Source: an uncultured Methanomicrobiaceae archaeon
Lineage (GTDB): Archaea; Halobacteriota; Methanomicrobia; Methanomicrobiales; Methanoculleaceae
NCBI GenBank assembly: GCA_963826525.1
Contig: CAWGXH010000004.1
Location: 1,728,001-1,792,000 of the forward strand
Direction: 5' to 3'
DNA: 64,000 bases
Each line of letters starts with the position of its first letter. Position 1 is the first letter of the stretch. Under the pieces are notes generated by a model. It did no database searches. It was not told the DNA's origin and was given only the letters and a program-made list of their open reading frames with translations. A program made the translations under genes and the position numbers. This document shows, one piece after another, positions 34,571 through 46,334 of this stretch.

Positions 34571-35626
34571 ATGAAGGCGGTTCTGGGTCTTGAAGACGGC
34601 ACTTTTATAAAAGGAGATGGTTTTGGTGTTGAAGGGAGCTGCTCGGGCGAACTCGTCTTCACCACGCAGATGACCGGTTATATGGAGTCCCTGACGGATC
34701 CGAGTTATGCCGGTCAGATCTTGATGTTTACCTTTCCTACAATCGGAAACTACGGAGTTGATACCCAAAATTTCGAGAGTTCCCGGGTTCATGCGCTGGG
34801 CTCCGTCACCCGCGAGATCTGTGCAAAACCCTCTACGAACTCTTCTATCGCCCGATTCTTCGAAGAAAACGGGCACTTTGGAATATGCGGTGTCGACACC
34901 CGGATGCTGACGATCAAAACGCGGGTGAGCGGCACGCTGCGTGCATCGCTCATCGTCGGCGATGATAACGAAGAAGCGGCGATCGAGCGCGCACGGTCGG
35001 TCCCGCCGATAACTGACCAGGATCTGATCGGCAGCGTATCCTGTCCGGAACCCTATCGGATCGCCGGGCAGGGCAAACGGATAGCCGTCATCGATCTCGG
35101 TATCAAGCGGAATATCCTCGTCAGTCTTGCAAAAAGGGGTGCCGACCTCTGTGTCTTCCCCCACGACGCCACGGCCGACCAGGTGATGGCATGTGAACCC
35201 GCCGCCCTTTTCATCAGCAACGGACCGGGCGATCCCCGCAGGGCGGCAGCGGTCATCCGGCTCATCAGCGACCTTGCGGGCGAGCTTCCCATAATCGGTA
35301 TCTGTATGGGCATCCAGGTGACCGGGCTCGCTCTCGGCGCCGAGACCTACAAGATGAAGTTCGGTCACCGGGGCACAAACCAGCCCGTCCGCTACAAAGA
35401 CGGCAGCATTTACATCACCACGCAGAACCACGGTTTTTCGGTCGACGCACAGACGCTTCCCGAGGGATGCCTAGTCTCCTACCGGAACGTCAACGACGGT
35501 ACGGTCGAAGGGTTCGAGAACAAGGACTTGGACATCACCTGTGTCCAGTTCCATCCCGAAGCGCACGGGGGGCCGCGCGATACGGAATCACACTTCTTTG
35601 ACAGAATCTACCGGGGGATTCCCTGA
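34571..35626 (+). CDS. carA: Carbamoyl-phosphate synthase small subunit
   Basis: TDPSYAGQ, SNGPGDP, GICMG, QNHGF and QFHPE. Confidence 0.97.
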   Translation: MKAVLGLEDGTFIKGDGFGVEGSCSGELVFTTQMTGYMESLTDPSYAGQILMFTFPTIGNYGVDTQNFESSRVHALGSVTREICAKPSTNSSIARFFEENGHFGICGVDTRMLTIKTRVSGTLRASLIVGDDNEEAAIERARSVPPITDQDLIGSVSCPEPYRIAGQGKRIAVIDLGIKRNILVSLAKRGADLCVFPHDATADQVMACEPAALFISNGPGDPRRAAAVIRLISDLAGELPIIGICMGIQVTGLALGAETYKMKFGHRGTNQPVRYKDGSIYITTQNHGFSVDAQTLPEGCLVSYRNVNDGTVEGFENKDLDITCVQFHPEAHGGPRDTESHFFDRIYRGIP

Positions 35627-38600
35627 TGCCGCGGAAAAATCACATACACTCGGTTCTTCTCATCGGCTCGGGGCCGATCCAGATCGGCCAGGCGGCGGAG
35701 TTCGACTTCTCCGGATCCCAGGCCTGCCGTGCTCTCCAGGAAGAGGGTGTTAAGGTCATCCTGGTTAACTCGAATCCGGCGACGATCCAGACCGATCCCG
35801 ATATGGCGGACGTCATCTACGTCGAGCCGCTCAAGGCGGAGATCATTGCTAAAATCATCAAAAAGGAGAAACCCGACGGCATCCTCTCCGGCATGGGCGG
35901 GCAGACCGGTCTGAACATGACCGCCGAGCTTGCGGAGATGGGAGCGCTTGAGGGTGTCGAGATCCTCGGTACGCCCCTCGAGGCGATCTACCGCGGCGAG
36001 GACCGCGAGCAGTTCCGCGACCTGATGAACGCTATCGGCGAGCCGATTCCAAAGAGCATGGTCCTCGAGAGCATGGACGAGATCGATACGGCTCTTGCCG
36101 AGGTCGGCCTCCCTGCCATCATCCGGCCTGCATACACCCTCGGCGGCTCCGGCGGCGGCGTTGCTCACACCGCTGAAGAGATGCGCCGGATCATCGAGCT
36201 CGGCCTTGCCCGTTCCCGTATCCACCAGGTCCTCGTGGAAGAGAGCGTCGCCGGATGGAAGGAGATCGAGTTCGAGGTGATGCGGGACTCGTCCGATACC
36301 TGCATCATCGTCTGCGGTATGGAGAACGTCGACCCGATGGGCATTCATACCGGTGAATCCGTCGTCGTGGCGCCGATCCTCACGCTCCGCGACGACGAAT
36401 ACCAGATGATGCGCAGCGCCGCAATAAAGATCATCCGCGCGCTCGACGTTCAGGGCGGATGTAATGTCCAGTTCGCCTTCCGGGACGGCGACTACCGGGT
36501 CATCGAGGTGAATCCCCGCGTCTCACGGTCATCCGCTCTCGCCTCCAAGGCGACCGGGTACCCTATCGCCCGGGTTGCGGCCAAAATAGCGATCGGCCTT
36601 CGCCTCGACGAGATAATGAACACCGTCACCGGTGCAACGCCGTCATCGTTCGAGCCTGCCATCGATTACGTCGTGGTGAAGGTGCCCCGCTGGCCGTTCG
36701 ACAAATTCAAGTCTGCCGACCGGACGCTCACCACGGCGATGAAGAGCACCGGCGAGGTGATGGCAATCGGGCGGACGCTTGAAGAGGGCTTTAAAAAGGC
36801 GCTCCGGTCGCTCGATACGGATATGAAGCGGCACACGAACCCGAGCGAGATCCGGATGATCCTCACCCGGCCGACCGACGAGCGGTTCGGCTGCCTCTTC
36901 GACGCCTTCCGGGAGGGTTTCTCGGTCGAGGAGATCGCGAGCCTTACCGCCATCACTCCCTTCTTCCTTGAGAAGATGCAGAATATCGTGACGATGGAGC
37001 AGAAGCTGCAGGCGGATTTTAAGCCCGAAGATGTCCGGAGCGCAAAGCGCTACGGGTTTACGACCGAAGAGATCGCCGAGTTCTCGGGCAGAAGCCCGGA
37101 CGAGATCGACGCGCTCGCCGGTTCGCCGACCTACAAGATGGTCGACACCTGCGCTGCGGAGTTCCCGGCGACGACCCCGTACTTCTACTCGACCTGGGAG
37201 GACGGGTGCGAGATCACGAAGAACGGGATGAAGAAGGTGCTGATCCTGGGTTCCGGCCCCATTCGGATCGGGCAGGGGATCGAGTTCGACTACTGCACCG
37301 TCCACGCCGTCATGGCGCTCCGGGAAGAGGAAGGGGTCGAGGTGCATATCGTCAACAACAACCCCGAGACGGTCTCGACCGATGCGGATACCTCCGATCG
37401 CCTCTTCTTCGAGCCGATGCAGCTTGAGGATGTGGTGAACATCCTGAAAAAGGACGATTATTACGGGGTCATGGTACAGTTCGGCGGTCAGAACTCCGTA
37501 AATCTCGCCGTACCGCTCGATGAGGCGATACGGAAACTCAATCTCCCCGTTCGGATCCTCGGAACCAGCCCCGATGCCATGGATGTCGCAGAGGACCGCG
37601 ACCGTTTCAGCCAGCTCCTGACGAAACTCGAGATCCCGAGCCCCCCGAACAGCTCCGCGTACTCCGAAGAGGAGGCACGGACGATGGCGCGAAAGATTGG
37701 CTACCCGGTCCTGGTGCGCCCGAGTTACGTCCTCGGCGGCCGGGCAATGGAACTTGTCCACGACGAGACGGAGCTTGAGAGTTACATCAAAGAGGCCGTC
37801 CGGGTGAGCAGAAAGCACCCCGTCCTGATCGACTCCTTCCTCCAGAATGCGGTGGAGATCGACGTCGACGCCGTCTGTGACGGCACCGATGTGCTCATCG
37901 GCGGTATCATGGAGCATATCGAGGAGGCGGGCGTCCACTCCGGGGACTCAGCCTGTGTTATTCCGCCGCAGTCGCTTTCTGCGTCGGTGATTCAGCAGGT
38001 GCGGGACTACACGAGGAGGCTCGCCCTCGGCCTCGGTGTCGTCGGCCTCATCAATATCCAGTATGCGGTCAAGAGCGACGTGGTGTACGTCCTCGAGGCA
38101 AATCCCCGGGCGAGCCGGACGGTCCCCTTCGTCTCCAAGGCGACCGGCATCCCGCTTGCCAAGGTGGCCGCAAAGGTCATGATAGGCAGGAAGCTCGCCG
38201 ATCTCGGCGTTACCGAGCGGGAGATCAGCCACGTGGCGGTCAAAGAGGTGCTGCTCCCGTTCAATAAGCTGCCGGGCGTCGATACGGTGCTCGGCCCCGA
38301 GATGAAGAGCACGGGCGAGGTCATGGGAATCGATTACGACTTCGGTCGGTCGTACTACAAGGCCTGCACCGCTGCCGACAACACCCTTCCGGTCAGGGGG
38401 AACGTCTTCATCTCGGTGACGGATGAGCAGAAAGAGGAGATTATGCCGATCGCACGGAAACTCGGTGAGATGGGTCTCTCCCTTTACGGCACCAGCGGAA
38501 CGGTGGAGTTCCTCGCCCAGAACGGTATCGCGGCGAATCTGGTGCGTAAAGTCCAGGAAGGTTCGCCGAACGTTATCGATATGATGCGCCACGGCGGCAT

Positions 38601-38796
38601 CAGCCTCATCATCAATACGCCTGCGGACAAGGCTTCAAGGCAGGATCACCTTCAGATCATGCGTATGGCTATCGATTACGGCATTCCCTACATCACCACG
38701 CTGCAGGCGGCCCGAGCCGCCGCGATGGCGATAGATGCGATACAGCGCGAGGAGATCACCATCGAACCGCTCGGCCACTATATCGGAACGGCATAA
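35626..38796 (+). CDS. carB: Carbamoyl-phosphate synthase large subunit
   Basis: IGQAAEFDFSG, duplicated ATP-grasp halves and MGS domain; 1056 aa. Confidence 0.98.
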   Translation: MPRKNHIHSVLLIGSGPIQIGQAAEFDFSGSQACRALQEEGVKVILVNSNPATIQTDPDMADVIYVEPLKAEIIAKIIKKEKPDGILSGMGGQTGLNMTAELAEMGALEGVEILGTPLEAIYRGEDREQFRDLMNAIGEPIPKSMVLESMDEIDTALAEVGLPAIIRPAYTLGGSGGGVAHTAEEMRRIIELGLARSRIHQVLVEESVAGWKEIEFEVMRDSSDTCIIVCGMENVDPMGIHTGESVVVAPILTLRDDEYQMMRSAAIKIIRALDVQGGCNVQFAFRDGDYRVIEVNPRVSRSSALASKATGYPIARVAAKIAIGLRLDEIMNTVTGATPSSFEPAIDYVVVKVPRWPFDKFKSADRTLTTAMKSTGEVMAIGRTLEEGFKKALRSLDTDMKRHTNPSEIRMILTRPTDERFGCLFDAFREGFSVEEIASLTAITPFFLEKMQNIVTMEQKLQADFKPEDVRSAKRYGFTTEEIAEFSGRSPDEIDALAGSPTYKMVDTCAAEFPATTPYFYSTWEDGCEITKNGMKKVLILGSGPIRIGQGIEFDYCTVHAVMALREEEGVEVHIVNNNPETVSTDADTSDRLFFEPMQLEDVVNILKKDDYYGVMVQFGGQNSVNLAVPLDEAIRKLNLPVRILGTSPDAMDVAEDRDRFSQLLTKLEIPSPPNSSAYSEEEARTMARKIGYPVLVRPSYVLGGRAMELVHDETELESYIKEAVRVSRKHPVLIDSFLQNAVEIDVDAVCDGTDVLIGGIMEHIEEAGVHSGDSACVIPPQSLSASVIQQVRDYTRRLALGLGVVGLINIQYAVKSDVVYVLEANPRASRTVPFVSKATGIPLAKVAAKVMIGRKLADLGVTEREISHVAVKEVLLPFNKLPGVDTVLGPEMKSTGEVMGIDYDFGRSYYKACTAADNTLPVRGNVFISVTDEQKEEIMPIARKLGEMGLSLYGTSGTVEFLAQNGIAANLVRKVQEGSPNVIDMMRHGGISLIINTPADKASRQDHLQIMRMAIDYGIPYITTLQAARAAAMAIDAIQREEITIEPLGHYIGTA

Positions 38797-38808
38797 TATG
38801 AGGTCATG

Positions 38809-38855
38809 CTGCGGGGAAGATACGTTCCCCGCAGAAGACGCCTCCGCTTTTTTCT
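38809..38855 (+). terminator. Hairpin plus T-tract between convergent carB and the HdeD-family gene
   Basis: CTGCGGGGAA-gatacg-TTCCCCGCAG (10-bp stem), with TTTTTT shortly after. Confidence 0.6.
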
Positions 38856-38883
38856 CATGACGATACGGTAGCGGTCGCAGGAC

Positions 38884-39429
38884 TTATGCCGCTAGTGGTG
38901 CCCTCCCGGTGCTTCCGCCGGTGAAGCCATAGATGATTCCGAGGATGCCGAAGATTATGGCGTAGATCCCGAGCACCCAGACGATGGTGGCTGCACCGAG
39001 GAGCGGGTAGAAGAGGAGAACTCCTCCGAAGATCAGCGATACGATGCCGAGGAGCACGAGTAAGAGGCGCATCCCCATTCCTGCCGATGCGGTGAATGCG
39101 GCGACAAAGTCACCGACACCGGTGATCAGTGCCCAGAACGCGATGAGATAGATGATGATCACGATAAAGAAGTACGGTGAGACAAGCGTTAAGATGCCGA
39201 TCAGAATCCCGAGGAGCCCGAGGAGTATGATCGACCACTTCGCGCCGCCGGAAGGGCCGGAGGTTGCTCCGGCGATGAGTGCGAATGCTGAGATGATGAT
39301 GGCAAAAAAGCCGAAGAAGTAGACTAAGAACTCGAGAACGACGGCCGGCCATACGATGGCGGCAATCCCGAAGAGGAGCGCGATGACGCCTCTCAGGACA
39401 TAATACCATTTCTGCTCTGTTCCGTCCAT
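38884..39429 (-). CDS. HdeD/DUF308 family membrane protein
   Basis: W..LRGVIALLFGI..WP and repeated hydrophobic hairpins. Confidence 0.88.
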   Translation of the reverse strand: MDGTEQKWYYVLRGVIALLFGIAAIVWPAVVLEFLVYFFGFFAIIISAFALIAGATSGPSGGAKWSIILLGLLGILIGILTLVSPYFFIVIIIYLIAFWALITGVGDFVAAFTASAGMGMRLLLVLLGIVSLIFGGVLLFYPLLGAATIVWVLGIYAIIFGILGIIYGFTGGSTGRAPLAA

Positions 39430-39808
39430 GGTAAAACCTTCTGGTTCAGGACTGCATACGGTGCTTGCACTATTTATTGTGTTGGGACGGCCGTCTCCTG
39501 CCGGGAGGTGGCGACGGATGCAGCGGGGGCGATCGGCCTCTGCCGTCGCGATAAGGCAAGGAGCCTGTGCTTCCCGGGATGCCGGTACCCGGGTGGAACA
39601 GGAGCGTGCCGTTCAGAAGCGTCCCCGGCCTGGGCCGGATCTTCGCCTTCTCCGGCCTCTGCCCATGTCGAGAATTCTCTGCGGGTTCCGGACGGAGGCT
39701 GCCGGATTGGGTCAAATCGGAGCGTGCAGAAACCGATGCCAAGGATTTAATGCGAAAAAAGGTGCATTTTTACAGTGGTGCCCGCAATGAGAAGGGGAGG
39801 GAAGTTTC

Positions 39809-40516
39809 ATGCGCAACGCGGAAGATAACACTACTGTCGAGTTCCCGCTCCGCGGTGAATGGACGGCCGTCCGTACGCCTGCATACCGTGTACCAAGCCA
39901 CGGGACGGGGGAGTTCGGGCTGCGGTATGCCTTCGATTTCGTACGGGCAGAATGGGAACCTTCCATGCGGTTTTCGTCGAAAAACAGGTTTCATCAACTA
40001 TACGGTCATGTCCCGGTAAATGACTACTATGGCTGGAGCCAGCCGATATATTCTCCCTTCGACGGCGAGGTCGTCATGGTCCGCGACGGCTGGCCCGACA
40101 TACTGGGAGTGAACACGTTCAAGGACATCTTTCATTCGCTCCTTCTTACCTATTCATTCATGCGTGCTCCCTCCCCCCGGAGCATCGATATCCGCCGCGT
40201 CGCCGGGAACTGTGTCGTCGTCCACTCGGAACGTTGCTCGGCCTTTCTGGCGCATCTCCGGAGTGGCTCAGTGAGCGTCAAAGAAGGGCAGCATATACAG
40301 GCAGGCGATCTGATCGGCGAAGTCGGCAATTCAGGCAATACAACGGCGCCGCATCTGCATTTCCAGCTCATGAAGGGAGACGACCCTTTTACAGCCACCG
40401 GCCTTCCCTGTCGTTTCCGATTTTACGAACGTTACTGTGACAAGGCATGGGAGTCCGTAACCAACGGCATTCCGGGGCGGCTTGAACGTATACGGTATAT
40501 GGGTGAACTGCCATGA
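39809..40516 (+). CDS. M23-family metallopeptidase
   Basis: H..YAFDF, SPFDGEV, GN.VV, AHL and VGNSGNTTAPHLHFQL. Confidence 0.85.
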   Translation: MRNAEDNTTVEFPLRGEWTAVRTPAYRVPSHGTGEFGLRYAFDFVRAEWEPSMRFSSKNRFHQLYGHVPVNDYYGWSQPIYSPFDGEVVMVRDGWPDILGVNTFKDIFHSLLLTYSFMRAPSPRSIDIRRVAGNCVVVHSERCSAFLAHLRSGSVSVKEGQHIQAGDLIGEVGNSGNTTAPHLHFQLMKGDDPFTATGLPCRFRFYERYCDKAWESVTNGIPGRLERIRYMGELP

Positions 40517-41444
40517 CAAAGAAAGCCATGCGGGAAATCGCCAGGCAATTCTTGCAGTGAGACTGCACTCAGAAGGCTACGGAAACAGAGTTCCACGACA
40601 ACCAAGAGTGATAACTCCAATGTGCAACAGCACCCGTAATGCGACGGTATGAAATCCCTTTCTCAATCGCCTTCCTGGTCACAACTTTTCAGCCGCATCG
40701 CAGAAGAGGTCGGGCAAAAACTGGCTGGTGGACATAGCAGGATCCGGGAAGAGAATGCCGGGCTCGTCCGGCAATTCTTCGGACTGAAGAGGAAGGCCTG
40801 ATGAGCATGCGCAGCCGATCCGGATCTGCGTATGGCTTATGGATGGACGATAACTGTGGCAGTAATTATGCAAAATGCCCTATTTTCTGCGTTCTCCCGG
40901 GCTTGCCGGGATCTCTTCGAACAGCGGATCGCGAAACACGTCTCCCCGCGGGAAAGTCACCCCCCGGGCATCCCGAACGAAGGTCAAATCGGCGTTATTT
41001 TCCGGTTCTATCGCCCTCTTCGGATGTCGGATTCCAGTACCGGAAATTATCCTGTGTATGTCGCCCCGATCGCCGTAAAACGGTAGGATCGGAGGGCCAT
41101 ATCGGCCATATGCGGCAGAGTAATTTTCAGGGGGATGTCTCCCCCTGGTTCGACCAGAGATCGGCTGTCTGAGGGCTTCTGTGAGGGTCGAAATTCGGAA
41201 GAGTTCGGCCTGGATTGCCGATATATAAGCGTTGCTTAACCGGTGCTGTGTTGCACAAATCTGCCCGGAGATATTCGGTGGCTATTACTCATGTGCATCC
41301 GCTCACCGACGCCCGCAATCGGAAGGCAATGCTGATAGATATCAGCCGAGCACCTCTGGAGTTCGTCCGCGTCACCGCTGACCGGGCACGGGGCAAAGAC
41401 TTGGCCGACAGCCCCGTATGTTCCGGCAGAGCCAAAAAAAAGAG

Positions 41445-42326
41445 TTATTGTGTGCCGATCCAGGCGTTCACCTGGTCGGGGTGGGCGTCGACCCATGCCT
41501 TTGCTGCTTCCTCATCCGATGCGCCTTCCTCAATGGAGACCATCACCGACTGCATATCGTCGGCAGTCCAGTTGAACCGGGTGAGGATCTCGTAGACTTC
41601 GGGCTTGTCGGTCGCAAGACCCTGGCGGGCGAGCGTTGCGATGTACTCTTCACCGCCGTAGATTCCCTTTGGGTCGTCGAGATACTTGAGGTCCCACCGG
41701 GCGAACTTCCAGTGCGGTGTCCATCCGGTCACGACGACCCACTCTTCGTTCGCAATAGCGGAACTGAGCTCGGCAGCCATGCCTGCGCTGCTGCTCGCGA
41801 CGATCTCATAGTCAAGACCGTACGCGTCGATCGCCTCTTCGGTTCTTGACATGATCCCGGCACCGGGTTCGATGCCGGTGATCTTCCCGTCAAATTTCTC
41901 AGTGACAGTGTTCAACTCATCGATGGAGTCGATGGTCACGTACGACGGAACAACAAGTCCGATCTTGGTTCCCTGCATGTTCTGCCCGACCAGATCGATC
42001 CGGTCGCCATACTCTTCCCAGTAGTTTGCCTGTGTGGCGGGGAGCCATGCGGAGATAGTACAATCGACATCACCGTTCGCAACCGCCTGGTAGAGCGGTC
42101 CTGCATCGACGGCGACGATCTCGACGTCATATCCGGCTTTTTCGAATGCCTGCTTGAGCACATTGGTGCTGGCAATTTCCGAGTCCCAGGTTACGTAGCC
42201 GATGGTTACGGTTTCTGTCGGTGCGGATGCCGGCGTTGTTTCGGTCGTCGTGCATCCGGCAGCCAGAATACTCACCAAAAGGAGGCATCCGGTCAGGAGC
42301 AATACACTCTCTCTTTTTAAAAACAT
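41445..42326 (-). CDS. otaC: Glycine betaine ABC transporter substrate-binding lipoprotein
   Basis: Lipobox ILAAGC; WDSE, AWLP, GIEPGAG and GWTPHW. Confidence 0.92.
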   Translation of the reverse strand: MFLKRESVLLLTGCLLLVSILAAGCTTTETTPASAPTETVTIGYVTWDSEIASTNVLKQAFEKAGYDVEIVAVDAGPLYQAVANGDVDCTISAWLPATQANYWEEYGDRIDLVGQNMQGTKIGLVVPSYVTIDSIDELNTVTEKFDGKITGIEPGAGIMSRTEEAIDAYGLDYEIVASSSAGMAAELSSAIANEEWVVVTGWTPHWKFARWDLKYLDDPKGIYGGEEYIATLARQGLATDKPEVYEILTRFNWTADDMQSVMVSIEEGASDEEAAKAWVDAHPDQVNAWIGTQ

Positions 42327-42556
42327 CTCAATCACCTTCCGGAGCGGTTGTGCTGCATAGACATCGAGAGCGAAAGTCGGCACTTCAGTGGTGCAGAGCA
42401 TTCTCCTTGATGCTGAACGGTTCTGTGTATGTGAAAAAGACGATCCTTCTATCACAGATATCCGACATATATGCCTTTTCCAAAAACCGTTCTGCAGTCT
42501 GATTGGAAAGGCCAATAATGACCGATTAAAGGGTTGTTCTTCACGCCATAAAGGGA

Positions 42557-43399
42557 TTATGGGTTTCTTTTATGTGGGAGAACATTCTGGGTGATCCGGT
42601 CGAGGATAATGGCGATAATAACGATGGCAAGGCCCGCTTCAAACCCGCTCCCGATATCGACCCGCTGGATTCCTTTCAGCACCTCGAGCCCGAGACCTGC
42701 CGCACCGATCATCGAGGCGATCACCGTCATCGAGAGTGCGAGCATGATGCACTGGTTGACGCCCGCCATGATCGTCGGCAGGGCGACGGGGAGCTGCACT
42801 TTGAGCAGTTTCTGCCTTGGGGTCGTACCGAATGCGTCCGCAACCTCGATCAGCTCCGTCGGGACCTGGCGAATCCCGAGATTCGTAAGCCGCATCGCGG
42901 GTGGCATCGCGAAGATCACGGTAGCGATGATGCCCGGGACGTTCCCGAGGCCGAAGAAGATCACTGCCGGAATGAGGTAGACGAAGGAGGGCATGGTCTG
43001 CATAAAGTCGAGCCCCACCCGCAGTACGGTGTTTATCCGCTCGTTGGTCGCGGAAAGGATGCCGAGAGGGATGGCGATGGCGAGTGCCAGTAGGGTCGCG
43101 GAGATCACCAGCGCGAACGTGAGTATCGCCAGGTCCCAAAGCTGGAGGTTCCAGATCAGCAGAAGGCCGAGAGCGGTCAGCAGGGTGACCTTCAGATCCC
43201 GGCGGGTCATGAAGTAGACCAGGACAGCGGCGAGGACGACGAAGACGGGCGCCGGAATGAGGAGCAGCATGTCCTGGAACCCGTCGACCAGGTATTTGAG
43301 CCCTCCGCTGACGCCGTCCAGCAGCCAGCCGAAGTACTCCTCTATCCCGTCGACCAGCATCTCCGCACCGGCACCGAGAGGGAGTTTAGGCAGCATCAT
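42557..43399 (-). CDS. otaB: Glycine betaine ABC transporter permease
   Basis: [15 protein letters not shown] and [14 protein letters not shown] (ProW family). Confidence 0.93.
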   Translation of the reverse strand: MMLPKLPLGAGAEMLVDGIEEYFGWLLDGVSGGLKYLVDGFQDMLLLIPAPVFVVLAAVLVYFMTRRDLKVTLLTALGLLLIWNLQLWDLAILTFALVISATLLALAIAIPLGILSATNERINTVLRVGLDFMQTMPSFVYLIPAVIFFGLGNVPGIIATVIFAMPPAMRLTNLGIRQVPTELIEVADAFGTTPRQKLLKVQLPVALPTIMAGVNQCIMLALSMTVIASMIGAAGLGLEVLKGIQRVDIGSGFEAGLAIVIIAIILDRITQNVLPHKRNP

Positions 43400-44675
43400 C
43401 TACATGCACCTCCATCTCCGCCGGGGCGGTGTGCTGCACCGGGGCATCATCCGGTGCGGCAGGCTGCTCTCTCTCCACTTCCTTGCGTGCCAGGGCGGCG
43501 AGCACCGAGCCCCGGATGATGATACCCCGGATCTTTCCGTTCACGTCGACGACGGCAATGGGATACCGGCTGTCGGCGATCACCGGGATGATATCCGCGA
43601 CGGGCGTGTCGCAGGTGACCGTGGGAACGTCGGTGATCAGGATATCTTCCAGTAATTTCCCCGACTTGAGCGCTTCGACGACGTCGTCGATCTGCACGAG
43701 TCCCCGGACCTGCCGCTGCCGGTTGACGACGAAGATGCTGGCAATGTCGTGCTCCTCCATCAGGTGCAGGGCGACTCTCGGGCCGGCGGTGCTCGGTGCC
43801 ACCGGCTCCGGGCGTTTCATGACGTCGTTTGCCGTCAGCACCTTTGCCATATCCACATCGGCGACGAACTTCTCGACGTATGCGTTGCTCGGCCTCGTCA
43901 GGATATCCTCGGAACTGCCGATCTGGACTATCTCGCCGTCTTTCATCAGCGCAATCCGGTCGCCGAGTTTCAAAGCCTCGTCGAGGTCGTGCGTGACGAA
44001 GATGATGGTTTTGTTGAGCCGCTGCTGCAGTTCGATGAGTTCGTCCTGCATTTCCTTCCGGATCAGCGGATCGAGGGCGGAGAATGCTTCGTCCATCAGG
44101 AGAATGTCCGGGTCGCTCGCGAGCGCACGGGCGAGCCCGACACGCTGTTTCATACCGCCTGAGAGATCGCTGGGCATGCTCTCCTCGTAGCCGGAAAGCC
44201 CGACGAGTGCGAGAGCCTCCCGTGCTTTGCGGTGGCGCTCATCCTCCGGCATACCCTGCACTTCAAGTCCGAACGCAACGTTCCCGATGACGCTTCGGTG
44301 TGGAAGCAGGGCGAAGTTCTGGAAGATCATGCCGATCTTCCGCCGCCGCGTCTGCCGCAGCTCGTCGGATGACAGGGCTACGATATTGCTGCCTTCCAGC
44401 GACACTGTGCCGGCAGTCGGTTCGATGAGCCGGTTGAGGCAGCGCAGCAGGGTCGATTTTCCGCATCCCGACAGTCCCATCAGGACGAATATTTCACCGG
44501 GATAGACCGAGAATGAAACATCTTTCAGAGCGACGACATGGTCGGTCTTCTCTTTTATCTCCTGTTTTGATGAGCCTGACCGCAACAGCTGCAGGGCTTT
44601 TTCGGGCTTTGGGCCGAAGATTTTTACCAGGTCATCAACCCGGACTATCGGCATCTCTTCTCTGTACTGCTCCAT
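43386..44675 (-). CDS. otaA: Glycine betaine ABC transporter ATPase with CBS domains
   Basis: [17 protein letters not shown] and [12 protein letters not shown]; C-terminal CBS pair. Confidence 0.94.
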   Translation of the reverse strand: MEQYREEMPIVRVDDLVKIFGPKPEKALQLLRSGSSKQEIKEKTDHVVALKDVSFSVYPGEIFVLMGLSGCGKSTLLRCLNRLIEPTAGTVSLEGSNIVALSSDELRQTRRRKIGMIFQNFALLPHRSVIGNVAFGLEVQGMPEDERHRKAREALALVGLSGYEESMPSDLSGGMKQRVGLARALASDPDILLMDEAFSALDPLIRKEMQDELIELQQRLNKTIIFVTHDLDEALKLGDRIALMKDGEIVQIGSSEDILTRPSNAYVEKFVADVDMAKVLTANDVMKRPEPVAPSTAGPRVALHLMEEHDIASIFVVNRQRQVRGLVQIDDVVEALKSGKLLEDILITDVPTVTCDTPVADIIPVIADSRYPIAVVDVNGKIRGIIIRGSVLAALARKEVEREQPAAPDDAPVQHTAPAEMEVHVDDAA

Positions 44676-45134
44676 GTAATCCTCTCAAAAAATCTGGATA
44701 TTCGAATCTGAGTGTATAGGGCACTGATAGATCTGATTTCTATTCGACTCACTTTATAATCTCCGGTTTCAAAATTTGGACGTTTATACGTGGAATTTTA
44801 AAAATATCGCCATTTTGGAAAGGTATTCGGGTTCGCTATACGGGCTGTCCGTAGATCTTGATATTTAGAGATATTTTGGCATTAGGGGCAATATAATGGA
44901 CAGTATGGCATTTTTGGCTGTGGTCAGATGTCGCCCTGACTATGCGATGTATATTGGCGGTCTCGTGCCCGACCCTTGCGGAGTGAAGGTGCTCCGTTTT
45001 CCGGAAGAGTTATCGGTGGTGTGTTATAAGGGCTGATTCACGATACTATTCATTTATTGGGAGAAAGATCATATTACTATGGACTGTATCGTTCTGCTAC
45101 GGAGATATATCCAGCGCAACATGGGAGTTTGAGA

Positions 45135-46319
45135 ATGGAGAAGGGAAAAGTCGTCCTTGCATTTTCCGGAGGTCTTGATACCTCCATCTGTGTCCCCCTT
45201 CTGCGGGAGCACTATGGCTACGATGAAGTCGTTACCGTGGCGGTCGACGTCGGTCAGCCCGAAGAAGAGATCCGGAGAGCAACAGAGAAGGGAGCGCTGC
45301 TCGCAGACCAGCACTATACGATCGACGTCAAGGAGAGGTTCGTCGAGGAGTACCTCTTCCGCTCGATCAAGGCAAATGGGTCGTACGAAGGCTACCCGAT
45401 GGGAACCGCCCTTGCACGGCCGCTCATTGCCGAAGAGATCGTGAAGGTCGCCGATAAGGAGAGCGCCCGCTGCATCGCGCACGGCTGTACCGGCAAAGGT
45501 AACGACCAGCTTCGGTTCGATTTCATCTTCAGAGCGGCAGGGTATGATATCGTCGCCCCGATGCGGGAGATGAACCTGACCCGCGAGTGGGAGATCCAGT
45601 ATGCGCAGGAGCGCAACATCCCGGTGACGGTGGTCAAGGAGAAACCCTACAGCATCGACGAGAACTGCTGGAGCCGGAGTATCGAAGGGGGCAAGCTCGA
45701 GGATCCTGCCTTCCACCCGCCCGATGATATCTATGCGTGGACGGTCTCCCCGAAGGATGCTCCCGACAGAATGGAAGAGATCACCATCGGGTTTGAGAAA
45801 GGTGTGCCTGTCGCACTCAACGGAGAGAGGCTTGACGGCCTGGCCCTCATCAAGCGCCTGAACCTGATCGCGGGACGGAACGGCGTCGGCAGGAACGACA
45901 TGATAGAGGATCGTATCCTCGGGCTCAAAGCCCGCGAGATCTACGAGCACCCGGCTGCTACCGTCCTCCTCGCCGCGCATCGCGACCTCGAACACCTCGT
46001 GCTGACCCGAAATGAACTGGCGTTCAAGCATATCGTCGACGACAAATGGTCGGAGCTCGGTTACATGGGACTCGTCCACGAGCCACTCTACCATGCCCTG
46101 AACGCGTTCGTCGATACCACGCAGGAGCGCGTCACCGGCTCGGTCGACGTCGGTCTCTATAAGGGAAGCGTCAAGGTGCTCGGCAGAGCGTCGGATCTGG
46201 CGATCTACTCGGGCGATCTTGTATCCTTCGACAGCTGCACTATCGACCAGAACCACGCTGTCGGATTCTCCAATTACTTCGGGCTGCAGGCCCGTCTCTG
46301 CAAGAATATGAAAAAGTAG
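45135..46319 (+). CDS. argG: Argininosuccinate synthase
   Basis: [21 protein letters not shown] and K.RE.YE.P. Confidence 0.97.
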   Translation: MEKGKVVLAFSGGLDTSICVPLLREHYGYDEVVTVAVDVGQPEEEIRRATEKGALLADQHYTIDVKERFVEEYLFRSIKANGSYEGYPMGTALARPLIAEEIVKVADKESARCIAHGCTGKGNDQLRFDFIFRAAGYDIVAPMREMNLTREWEIQYAQERNIPVTVVKEKPYSIDENCWSRSIEGGKLEDPAFHPPDDIYAWTVSPKDAPDRMEEITIGFEKGVPVALNGERLDGLALIKRLNLIAGRNGVGRNDMIEDRILGLKAREIYEHPAATVLLAAHRDLEHLVLTRNELAFKHIVDDKWSELGYMGLVHEPLYHALNAFVDTTQERVTGSVDVGLYKGSVKVLGRASDLAIYSGDLVSFDSCTIDQNHAVGFSNYFGLQARLCKNMKK

Positions 46320-46334
46320 ACGGAAGATTGGTGC

